DNA of 64,000 bases, from assembly GCA_009781855.1 (NCBI GenBank), contig WQUY01000002.1, positions 10,017-74,016 of the forward strand. Reading direction: 5' to 3'. Shown here one piece after another: positions 20,542 through 31,302 of this stretch. Numbering within the stretch: position 1 is the first letter of the stretch; the number at the start of each line of letters is the position of its first letter. The stretch comes from Oscillospiraceae bacterium. GTDB lineage: Bacteria; Bacillota; Clostridia; Oscillospirales; Oscillospiraceae. The notes under the pieces are model-generated. The model did not search any database. It saw only the letters and a list, made by a program, of their open reading frames with translations, and was not told the origin of the DNA. A program made the translations under genes and the position numbers.

Positions 20542-21401
20542 GCAGAAACAATGGAACATTCGAGGTTATTCCGATTGAAAATGAGAAAATCTGTGCGGTG
20601 CGTTTTTTATATAATACGGTTTTTGGTAGGATGATTCTGAAGCTTCTGACAATGCCAGCCATTTCAAAATTTCTGGGCATGATAATGGATAGCAGGGTGT
20701 CAAAGCTACTTATCCCGGGATTTATTAAGAAGAACAATATTGATTTGAGTGATTTTTTGGACGAGCAATACAATTCGTTCAATGATTTTTTTGTGCGCGA
20801 AATAAAAAAGGAACTCAGGCCTTTTCCCGCTGACTATGCAGAGGCAGGTGCGCCCTGTGATGGGAAGCTCTCGGCGTATGAGATCACAGATGACAGTGTG
20901 TTTCAGATAAAAAACTCCAAATATACCATTGAAGATTTGCTCCGGGACAAGGGGCTGGCTGATGAATATTCAGGTGGAGTGTGTTTGATTTACAGGCTTT
21001 CTCCCGATGATTATCATAGGTATGTGTATGCCGATGATGGTGAGATTTATTTGCATAGGAAGCTTGAGGGTGTCCTGCATACGGTTCGGCCGATTGTGCA
21101 TGAAAAATACAGTGTCTTCACTCAAAATGCGAGAGAGTACACTGTATTTCAAACTGAAAACTTTGGGAAAGTAATTCAAATGGAAGTGGGGGCTCTTTTT
21201 GTCGGCAGGATTATCAATCATGTGACGAGTGGAAAGGTGAAGCGTGCTGCCGAAAAAGGTATGTTTCAATTTGGTGGTTCAACGGTGATTATGCTATTTC
21301 GGAAAGGTGCAATTGAGTTGAATCCTATTTTCTTGGAGCACACGCAAAATGATGCAGAAACTTTGGTTAAAATGGGTGAAGTGATAGGCAGAGCGCCTTG
21401 A
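20538..21401 (+). CDS. psd: Phosphatidylserine decarboxylase proenzyme
   Basis: ATG 20538 (ATGA overlap with pssA); ...DYHRYVY...; self-cleavage region FQFGGSTVIMLF. Confidence 0.88.
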   Translation: MSRNNGTFEVIPIENEKICAVRFLYNTVFGRMILKLLTMPAISKFLGMIMDSRVSKLLIPGFIKKNNIDLSDFLDEQYNSFNDFFVREIKKELRPFPADYAEAGAPCDGKLSAYEITDDSVFQIKNSKYTIEDLLRDKGLADEYSGGVCLIYRLSPDDYHRYVYADDGEIYLHRKLEGVLHTVRPIVHEKYSVFTQNAREYTVFQTENFGKVIQMEVGALFVGRIINHVTSGKVKRAAEKGMFQFGGSTVIMLFRKGAIELNPIFLEHTQNDAETLVKMGEVIGRAP

Positions 21402-21413
21402 TAACACACAATC

Positions 21414-21511
21414 TGGGATGCTGGGGTCTGACTAATGATTTTCTGTTTTGCTCGGAACGGGTCTCGTCGCCCTACACTTCGCAAAACAGAAAACCATCAG
21501 CCAGCCCCTTG
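21414..21511 (-). repeat. ~100-nt long-hairpin repeat, copy A (subfamily 1)
   Basis: By my hand comparison, identical over 98 nt to the reverse complement of 57123..57220. 24-position stem around the conserved 29-nt loop TCGGAACGGGTCTCGTCGCCCTACACTTC. The strand is assigned from G.U pairing. Confidence 0.9.
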
Positions 21512-21524
21512 ATGGCCTGTGCGC

Positions 21525-21560
21525 GGGACGCTGGGGTGTTATTAATGGTTTTGTTGGTTC
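21525..21560 (-). repeat. Partial (one-arm) copy of the long-hairpin repeat
   Basis: GGGACGCTGGGGTGTTATTAATGGTTTTGTTGGTTC resembles the left arm of copy A. Confidence 0.6.
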
Positions 21561-21575
21561 AGTCCAGTAAGTCTG

Positions 21576-22880
21576 TTACCCGGGGGCTTTTTTTATATCG
21601 CCGATTGCCCTGATTATCGGCAGCAACAGCATAGCAGTCAAACCGGCGGCAAGACCATTGTTATAAAGATTCATCCCACCGTGAAACACAGCAACATTTG
21701 CAGCAAAAGTGAGATGGATAAACCCAGCAACCACACCCCACCTCCAGCCGAACTTAGTACAAAGAGGTGACAAGCAAGTGGAGAACAAAACTGCCACAAG
21801 AAATCCAGCGCTGTTAAACGGTGTGCCTGTTGCAAGCATACTGACCGTAGAAGCGAGCAAAGCGCCAGCCATGAGCGGAACGGCCGATAATATACGCTTG
21901 CCGATAGCGCCGAATCCGATGACTGAGATGGCCGCCCCGATTATAGGGCCATTATATTGCCCATTTACCGCAAGCATCACAATCGCGCACAAAAGCCCCA
22001 TGAGTCCCATGTTTATAAAAGACCTGCCGCTGTATTGAGTGTAGAAGTCGTTGCCATCAGCTTTCATATAGGCCATCTCAATAAAGCTTGCGTTTTTGCG
22101 AGAAAGCAAGCCGCAGATAAGAAAATATAACGAAACGCCCACAAGAAATAGCGACAAATGCAAGTTAACGCCCTCACTCCAGATGCTGAGTGGCGCAAAG
22201 TCTATGCCCATAGTCCGCAAAATAACCATGATGCAGATGGACAGCATTCCGGCGGCAAATCCAACATTGTAAAGGTTATAATCTTCATAGTTTACTTTGA
22301 GGGCTTTTGCCAATGGATTGATAACCAGCCCGATGAAGATGCCGATGCAGAGGCCGATGATTGCACCTGCAGTGGTGCTTAACTGTTCTACAAAGGCAAG
22401 TTGGGTAACAGCTGGGCCAAGGCATGTGGCGAGCACTGCGGGAAGGACACATGTTTTATAAGGTGTCTTGGTGATTTTGCTATATAAGTATCCTCCGAAT
22501 ATGATGGGCAGCATGTTGATTAGATTTTTTCCAAAAAACGCAAAGCCCGTGACAAGTCCTAATGTACCCAGCGTGAGGCCTATAGGCTCATGCTTGATAA
22601 GTACAAAAATAAGAACGGTTACAAGACCGGATAACCCTACGTTGACATATGTTGCACCAAGACCGGCGGTGGCGATATAGTCGGTAACAAGAATGTCGGG
22701 GGAGCGGATGATTGTCCTGAGTCCCTGCAAAACTTCACAGGGCGTTGCGTAAGCGAAGCCAAGGGCAATAATCAGGCAAAATAGGATGGTAAATACCCTG
22801 TATGGACATCTAAGGAAATTACTTTGAAGCCAATTCAATTTTTCAGGGATTTCTGATTTAGTTGTCAAGTTCCACCTCAT
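21576..22880 (-). CDS. Polytopic membrane protein with internal tandem duplication (DUF1576-like)
   Basis: 434 aa, about 12 TM. The N and C halves share the pattern ...G(F)GA(F)GK..L...P(I/L)..G.... The family name is from memory, not verified. Confidence 0.6.
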   Translation of the reverse strand: MRWNLTTKSEIPEKLNWLQSNFLRCPYRVFTILFCLIIALGFAYATPCEVLQGLRTIIRSPDILVTDYIATAGLGATYVNVGLSGLVTVLIFVLIKHEPIGLTLGTLGLVTGFAFFGKNLINMLPIIFGGYLYSKITKTPYKTCVLPAVLATCLGPAVTQLAFVEQLSTTAGAIIGLCIGIFIGLVINPLAKALKVNYEDYNLYNVGFAAGMLSICIMVILRTMGIDFAPLSIWSEGVNLHLSLFLVGVSLYFLICGLLSRKNASFIEMAYMKADGNDFYTQYSGRSFINMGLMGLLCAIVMLAVNGQYNGPIIGAAISVIGFGAIGKRILSAVPLMAGALLASTVSMLATGTPFNSAGFLVAVLFSTCLSPLCTKFGWRWGVVAGFIHLTFAANVAVFHGGMNLYNNGLAAGLTAMLLLPIIRAIGDIKKAPG

Positions 22881-23027
22881 GTAAATGTTTTGTAGTAACT
22901 AACGTCAAGACAGTATACATTGATGTTTGGTAGAAATCAACGGATTATTTTACGAAAAAGTCGAAGTAAAGCACGATATTTGAGCAGTATTGGTTCATAA
23001 TATAATGAGAGGCGATGCTGCATGATA

Positions 23028-23942
23028 TCACTTCTGGACTTGCTGCCGCTCCTTTTTACGCAGACGCTTGTTTTCGTACATTCTTTCATCGGCAATGCTC
23101 AGGATATCGCTTGCTGATAGTTTGTTATTTTTATCAACGTAAGCAACACCGAAGCTGATACTATATGTAAAAGCCTTGTCAGCCAAATATTCATCTTGCT
23201 GAAAGTCATTGTAAATCTTATTCATTCTCTCAATAGCGCTGGCATAATCAAAATTTTGAGCCAGCACCAAAAATTCGTCCCCACCGATTCGGCAAACAAC
23301 GGCGTTTTTTGAAAAACTACTCAAATATTTGGAAGCATTGAGAATATATAAGTCGCCTTCTCTATGCCCAAATTTATCGTTTACATACTTCAAGCGGTCA
23401 AGGTCAGAGAAGATGACGACAAACTGCCTTTTTTCACGCAACCAGGAGTTTAGTGTGCACATGCCGAAAGCTCTATTATATAAATTAGTTATGTTGTCTT
23501 TGTATGCCTGAGTTTCAAGGTCGTCGATTTTTTCCTTGAGGTGACTTTCACGCGCACGCAGTTGCTCAATCATGATGTTAAAAGAATCAGAAAACTCGCC
23601 CATGAAGTCAATGCGCTGTTCGTAATCACCCTGAGCGATTTGTTGAACTTGCCAGGTTAAATATTTTAATGATGCGTGTAGCGACTTGAGTGGTGCAGCG
23701 ATCGCATTGTCATGCGATGGAAGGATTACATCAAGATTACCTTTGGATAAACCCGATGCAAGCGCTATTGCTTCATTAACATAGCGGGTATAATGTTGCA
23801 ACACGCTACCGATGTCTTTATAGTCATCCGGAAGCGTATCAATGTCCAAATCGGCATTGGCCGGGTCATAAATTGCATCGTGCAAATATTGAAACAGTGT
23901 ATCTGTGGCTGGGTTCATGACGTTTTCAAATACACTACTCAT
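23028..23942 (-). CDS. Diguanylate cyclase (GGDEF), cytoplasmic, HAMP-like/coiled-coil N-terminal region
   Basis: 304 aa, intact active site RIGGDEFLV, no predicted TM segment. Confidence 0.88.
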   Translation of the reverse strand: MSSVFENVMNPATDTLFQYLHDAIYDPANADLDIDTLPDDYKDIGSVLQHYTRYVNEAIALASGLSKGNLDVILPSHDNAIAAPLKSLHASLKYLTWQVQQIAQGDYEQRIDFMGEFSDSFNIMIEQLRARESHLKEKIDDLETQAYKDNITNLYNRAFGMCTLNSWLREKRQFVVIFSDLDRLKYVNDKFGHREGDLYILNASKYLSSFSKNAVVCRIGGDEFLVLAQNFDYASAIERMNKIYNDFQQDEYLADKAFTYSISFGVAYVDKNNKLSASDILSIADERMYENKRLRKKERQQVQK

Positions 23943-24238
23943 TTAAGTTTTCTCCTTTGCAAGAACATAAACGCTGCAAACGTGGACTAAAACACTAGAA
24001 CTTTGGCGATGAAATGAGTCTGCTTTTCTTGCGCAGTATACTATAAGTATGATAAAATGTCTATAGCAATTGGACTTTTTTAGTATTTTATAACTTGTTG
24101 TTTATTATTTTGAACGAGGACATAGCATTGTCGTGTTATATATGGTAAAATGGCATAGTGAACTATAAATGTGAGGATTTTCTTGAAAATTTGGACGATA
24201 AATACAAAAAATGTTGATACAGGCAAGGGGGCTTAATA

Positions 24239-24514
24239 ATGGTTGAATCAAGATGCGGTATACACTGCAGCAGCTGTAAATACCGTGAGAAAATGAACTG
24301 TGCGGGGTGCACGAACATAGAAAAGCCTTTTTGGGGTTCATGTCCGCTCAAAGATTGTTGTGAAGGCCGGGGGCATGAACATTGTGGACAATGCGTCGAA
24401 TTTCCATGTGGGCAACTCAATGACTTTGCTTATGATAAGGAGCAGGGTGATCATGGTAAGCGCATTGAAAATTGCCGTATATGGATGCAGTCGGGCGCGG
24501 GTTCTGATGGCTAA
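24239..24514 (+). CDS. Cys-rich DUF3795-like protein
   Basis: 91 aa, CGIHCSSC...CAGC...CPLKDCC...HCGQCVEFPC. Confidence 0.7.
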   Translation: MVESRCGIHCSSCKYREKMNCAGCTNIEKPFWGSCPLKDCCEGRGHEHCGQCVEFPCGQLNDFAYDKEQGDHGKRIENCRIWMQSGAGSDG

Positions 24515-24550
24515 GCTGCCGTCAGGTGATGGGGTTTGACTCCCAGTAGC
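24515..24550 (-). repeat. T-loop-like short hairpin motif, copy S1
   Basis: GCTGCCGTCAGGTGATGGGGTTTGACTCCCAGTAGC aligns with 36624..36659 and 62177..62211; a shorter relative is at 61488..61516. Confidence 0.7.
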
Positions 24551-24586
24551 GTAGCGAGCCATCATCTTGCGATAACTCAAAACTTA

Positions 24587-25291
24587 TCATGTGTTTGCAT
24601 ATAGTTTAGTTGGCGAATTATAGCTTTGTGGTACATATACAGCGTGAGGAATGCGATTGCTTGGAGCGCCGTATCGCGGATTGTATCCAAGCAGGTTTAT
24701 GTATTTCGGCAAGTCGCCAGTTTCTTTTGCCATCGCAGATAAAACTGCAAACAACGCTTTGACATCATCAAGCGCACGATGATTGTTTTCTACCTGTTCG
24801 TTTAGTTTGTAATGTGTTATGGCATCAGAGAGCTTATGTGGGTATGATTTTCTATCTTTTAAAATGGTCAGTGTATCCAAGATGTCAAACTGATCGGCAA
24901 GGTTGCTGTGGCCGTTTTTACGCAAAAAGGCATTTAAGAAGCTGATGTCAAAATGTGCATTGTGTGCGATAAACAAGATGCGGTCAGGGCTGCTTTGTTC
25001 TATCATATCAACAAATGTGTTCGCCGCGTCTTGCTGTGTCAGGCCTTGGGTTTCCAGCATTTCATTTGTTATTCCTGTCAGTTTGGAAATCTCTGCACTT
25101 AGGTGTTTGCCTTCCGGCAGCTTGATTAAGCAGTTCAGTTCTTCTTTGGCGATTGTGTTTTTTTGGTTTAGTGAAAGAATAATCGCTCCGAGTTCTATGA
25201 GGTCATCAACGTCAGAGGAAAGGCCGGTTGTTTCAACGTCAAAGAGGATGATTGGATTGTGGGTGCAAAATAAGCTGCTGCTTTTGTTCAT
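24587..25291 (-). CDS. DEDDh 3'-5' exonuclease (DnaQ/epsilon-like)
   Basis: ORF trimmed to ATG 25291 (MNKSSSLF...) behind AGGAG; Exo motifs FDVETTGL, HNAHFDISFL, HRALDDV. Confidence 0.85.
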   Translation of the reverse strand: MNKSSSLFCTHNPIILFDVETTGLSSDVDDLIELGAIILSLNQKNTIAKEELNCLIKLPEGKHLSAEISKLTGITNEMLETQGLTQQDAANTFVDMIEQSSPDRILFIAHNAHFDISFLNAFLRKNGHSNLADQFDILDTLTILKDRKSYPHKLSDAITHYKLNEQVENNHRALDDVKALFAVLSAMAKETGDLPKYINLLGYNPRYGAPSNRIPHAVYVPQSYNSPTKLYANT

Positions 25292-25359
25292 AAAAAGCTC
25301 CTGTTCATCATAGTTGGTTCGTAAGCATTTTAGCACAGATAAGCTGGAATTTCGATAGT

Positions 25360-27715
<2,356 letters not shown>

Positions 27716-27720
27716 GTGTT

Positions 27721-28086
27721 GTGACGATCAAAAAGCTACTGTTAATTATTTTGGGTTTTTCTTCTTTAGCGCTTGGCGTGGTAGGTGTGTTGATACCTGT
27801 TCTGCCTACCACGCCCTTTGTTCTACTGTCTGCGGCTTGCTTTTCAGCGAGCAGCAAAAGGTTTGATGATTGGCTGCGGCGCAACCGCTTGTTCGGGCCT
27901 TATATTGAGAATTACCGAACGAAGCAAGGCATCAGCAAGTTGCGAAAGGCGGCGACGTTGACTTTTCTATGGACGGGGCTGCTTGTTTCGATAATCATCG
28001 TAAGAACACCTGTGATTTTTGTGGTTTTGAGTATCGTTGGAATAGGTGTCACGATACACATATTGATGATTAAGACGAAAAAGTAA
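27721..28086 (+). CDS. YbaN/DUF454 family inner-membrane protein
   Basis: 121 aa, GTG start; ...GVLIPVLPTTPFVLLSAACFSASSKRFDDWL... Confidence 0.8.
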   Translation: MTIKKLLLIILGFSSLALGVVGVLIPVLPTTPFVLLSAACFSASSKRFDDWLRRNRLFGPYIENYRTKQGISKLRKAATLTFLWTGLLVSIIIVRTPVIFVVLSIVGIGVTIHILMIKTKK

Positions 28087-28172
28087 CGGGTGTGTATCAC
28101 ACAAGGTGACACGTATACAGTAGCCCATTTTATGGGCGCAGACTGTTGTCTTTTTCGTTCGCATATCTCTCA

Positions 28173-28391
28173 TCATTTACGAATGAAAAGGACTTCCTTG
28201 ATTGACATATCTGTAATTTCAAATGGCGAATCTGGATTCCTTGCTTGCCCTACAAGTAAGTCTTTAATTCGTGCATCATAATCGTAGTCGAAACTGATAA
28301 ATGTGTGCGTGTTGTCATTGAACAAGGATATGCGCTCCTCAACTTCGCATTTGGTTTTATCGTGTATTGGCTCTATCGTTGCACCCTCTTT
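28173..28391 (-). pseudogene. 72-codon open frame without a start codon, downstream of the methyltransferase; possibly a frameshifted small gene
   Basis: Hand translation: KEGATIEPIHDKTKCEVEERISLFNDNTHTFISFDYDYDARIKDLLVGQARNPDSPFEITDMSIKEVLFIRK*. An ATG with GAGGG SD sits at 28395 in the +1 frame relative to it, across an A4 run. Confidence 0.3.
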
Positions 28392-28458
28392 TCATTACGC
28401 CCTCATTTTATTAACAATTCGACAAACCAAACACAACCTTTAGAGCTGGTTAACTCAG

Positions 28459-29691
28459 TTAAATCAATTCTAAAAGACGGGTTCCTATTTTTTCTACGAT
28501 TGGCACAACGAGTGCATTCCCCATTGTGAAATATCTGAACTTTTCGGGCATTCCGGTATTTGTCCAGTTGTCTGCAAAACCGTTTAATCGTTCACATTCG
28601 ACAGGTGTTAAGAGACGAAGTCTGCCAGTTGCCGCATCCTCAATGACATGAGTGCTTCTATTTACACTAGATTCACTTGTAAGCATTGTGCGCGCAGGTC
28701 GGTCAAGATGGTCAGGGAAACATAAAGCACCTTCGCTAAAAAAATATGGTTCACCATTTGGACGCACGCGCGGTATCTTCTTCGACCCTTTTAGAAACTT
28801 CCACTTCTCAAGTGAGCCGTTGAGGAAGAATCTTTCATCTACAGGTTCCGTGTGGCGAATTTCGCCTAGCGTCACAGGTTGTGTGTCCACTGGAACAACT
28901 TCATTTGAGATGATGTGTCCGTCTATCATAATCCCGGAGTTATAGAAAGAGGCGGAAAAGTTATTTGAAATTTCAGTTAAGTCGTTGTATTTGCTTGAAT
29001 CTATTTGGGTCTTTGTAAACTTCTTTGTATTAACATTATCCTGCACTGGAAAAATTGACGAGAAGAAACCATTGCTGTATAATCGAGAGTGAAGTTGTAA
29101 ACGGCTTTTAGTTTTAACAGCTTGAGCCATCTCGTGATAAATTCCTGTAGAATTTTTGAATGCAGTAATATAAATGCGTCGACGTCTTTGAGCGTGTCCA
29201 TAGTCTGCAGCATTAATTATCCGCCATTCTACAGCGTACCCTAAATCGTGTAAACATCTAAGTATGACGGCAAAGTCGCGACCTCTTTGTGACGCAGGTG
29301 ACTTTAACAAACGATCTACATTTTCAAGGACGACAAAGCTAGGTTGGCGCTCTGTGAGTACGTCTTGTATATGCCACCATAATACGCCCTTTTTACCTTC
29401 AATACCTTGTGCGCCGGTTTTGGCAACAGAATAGTCTTGGCATGGAAAACCACCGACAAGAAGGTCGTGATACGGCACATTATGCTTTTCAGTAGCGATA
29501 TCATTATTAACGTGCGTTGGAATAGCACCAAAATGAGAAACGTAACAATCATAGGCATGCTGTGCCTTTCTGTCAGGTTCCCATTGGTTTGCCCATATAG
29601 TATCGTAGCGGTTTGAACTTTTTTCGAGACCGACGCGAAAACCACCGACACCAGCGAAGAGCTCGGCGACTTTAATTTTGTTATTTGTCAT
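28459..29691 (-). CDS. DNA (cytosine-5)-methyltransferase, M.Sau3AI-like
   Basis: Motifs I ELFAGVGGF, IV GGFPCQDYS, VI VLENV, VIII QRRRR, X GNALVVP. Start placed at ATG 29691 (MTNNKIKVAELFAGVGG) because a TATAAT box lies only 5 nt upstream of the longer ORF start at 29703. Confidence 0.92.
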   Translation of the reverse strand: MTNNKIKVAELFAGVGGFRVGLEKSSNRYDTIWANQWEPDRKAQHAYDCYVSHFGAIPTHVNNDIATEKHNVPYHDLLVGGFPCQDYSVAKTGAQGIEGKKGVLWWHIQDVLTERQPSFVVLENVDRLLKSPASQRGRDFAVILRCLHDLGYAVEWRIINAADYGHAQRRRRIYITAFKNSTGIYHEMAQAVKTKSRLQLHSRLYSNGFFSSIFPVQDNVNTKKFTKTQIDSSKYNDLTEISNNFSASFYNSGIMIDGHIISNEVVPVDTQPVTLGEIRHTEPVDERFFLNGSLEKWKFLKGSKKIPRVRPNGEPYFFSEGALCFPDHLDRPARTMLTSESSVNRSTHVIEDAATGRLRLLTPVECERLNGFADNWTNTGMPEKFRYFTMGNALVVPIVEKIGTRLLELI

Positions 29692-29708
29692 TTTAATCAC
29701 CATTTTGG

Positions 29709-29737
29709 ATTATACCATAGGTTTTGAAAATGATCAA
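29709..29737 (-). promoter_or_regulatory. Sigma-70-type promoter of the methyltransferase gene; GATC inside the -35 hexamer
   Basis: Minus strand reads TTGATC-17 nt-TATAAT with TG at -15/-14 (TGGTATAAT). The -35 box contains GATC (29732..29735). Confidence 0.6.
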
Positions 29738-29832
29738 GGGGTATTAAGGAATTTTGCGGCAACAAATTTAAAATTTAAAAATATCAGATTAATTGCACTT
29801 CGCTATGGGCAAGGACGTAAAAGGAGGCACAT

Positions 29833-31302
29833 GTGCCAAAACATGAATTCAAATTTGTAGATTTAGTCAATCTCCTTGAAAAAGCAAAGGGGCAAACTTT
29901 GGGTGAGGCTGATGTCAATAACGTATTTTATAAAACAATCTCCAATCCAAAAGTCACAGGTATCGCTGGAGATGTTGTTGAGCAGTCTATTTTGAAATAC
30001 CCTCCTGACAATAAGCAAGATGTTGACCTTGTTGTTGATGGTGTAGACACAGAATTAAAGACTACTGGTTTGAAAAGAGTAAAGAGAGGAGACTTCGCAT
30101 TTGACGCTAAGGAACCTGTTAGCGTAACGGCTGTAAGTCCGGAAAAAATAGTTGATGAAGAGTTTGATTATTCTAAGTTGTGGCACAAATTAGAAAACAT
30201 ACTATTTGTGTACTATTTATACGATTCAGACAAAACCGTTCCCGCAGCAGAATATGCTAGTTTTCCTATTCAAGATTACCAGTTTCATAAATTTAGTGAC
30301 GATGACAAGAGGATACTTCAAAATGATTGGGAGATTGTCAGGGATTTTATTCGCAAAGTAAATTCTGAGGAAGAAAATCCATTGTCAAGATATCCGGAAA
30401 TATCAAAATTAAGAGAAAAAATGATGTTTATGGACACTGCACCGAAGTATCCAAACCTGCCTCGTTTTCGATTGCGACGTTCAGTTGTCAGCACAATAAT
30501 AAAGGAACACTTCGGCAAAGATTTCGAACTACTTCAAGGAAGCAACAAGTTTTGTAGTTATGAAGAACTTTACAAAATACTGCGTGACTTCGCAAAGAAT
30601 CAAAAAGGGAAAAACATAACGCATATTGCACAAAGTTTAAATATAGTCTTAAAAAGAAACCTTAGCGGCGTTGTTAATAAATCTGTTGCAGAGCGTGTGT
30701 TAACAGCTGCCTTTGGTGCTGAGTCTGGAAAACTGAGAGATATAGAAGTTTTTGCTAAAATTGGTATAATTCCCAAAACAATAACTCTATCTTCAAAAGG
30801 ATTCAGAACCGAAGACACAAAGTTGGATGCAATAGATTTTGTTGAATGGGCTGATATGAGCATTAAATTTGAAGAATCAAGTGTTTACAACTATTTTGCG
30901 AACCATTCAATGCTATTCTCTGTATTCCAAGAGCCGCACGCAAAGTCGCCATTAGAAGAAAATGTTTTTCTTGGATTCAAACGTCTAAGTTTTGACGATG
31001 AATTCATATATAAACACGTAAAGCCGACGTGGGATAGGGTCAGAGAGTTAGTAAATAACAATGAACTTACGGTAGGTGAAAAACTTACTAAGTATGGAGA
31101 CTCCATAGTAAACAAGTCTGGTACGAGAATGGAAGCAACAAATTTTCCTAAATCTAAGGATTATGTCGTTTTCATAAGAGGGTCAGCACAGGACTCGACT
31201 AAAAAAACCTATACAATAAACGGATTAAACATGTACCCGCAACAATTTTGGATTAAAGGGAAAGTTTTAGTAGAAATGCTTTCAAAGATTGAGTTTATTT
31301 AA
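29833..31302 (+). CDS. Type II restriction endonuclease, MutH/Sau3AI family (expected GATC)
   Basis: 489 aa, GTG start behind AAAGGAGG; MutH-like catalytic motif DLVVDGVDTELKT; divergent from the m5C methyltransferase; AT-rich relative to flanks. Confidence 0.82.
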   Translation: MPKHEFKFVDLVNLLEKAKGQTLGEADVNNVFYKTISNPKVTGIAGDVVEQSILKYPPDNKQDVDLVVDGVDTELKTTGLKRVKRGDFAFDAKEPVSVTAVSPEKIVDEEFDYSKLWHKLENILFVYYLYDSDKTVPAAEYASFPIQDYQFHKFSDDDKRILQNDWEIVRDFIRKVNSEEENPLSRYPEISKLREKMMFMDTAPKYPNLPRFRLRRSVVSTIIKEHFGKDFELLQGSNKFCSYEELYKILRDFAKNQKGKNITHIAQSLNIVLKRNLSGVVNKSVAERVLTAAFGAESGKLRDIEVFAKIGIIPKTITLSSKGFRTEDTKLDAIDFVEWADMSIKFEESSVYNYFANHSMLFSVFQEPHAKSPLEENVFLGFKRLSFDDEFIYKHVKPTWDRVRELVNNNELTVGEKLTKYGDSIVNKSGTRMEATNFPKSKDYVVFIRGSAQDSTKKTYTINGLNMYPQQFWIKGKVLVEMLSKIEFI

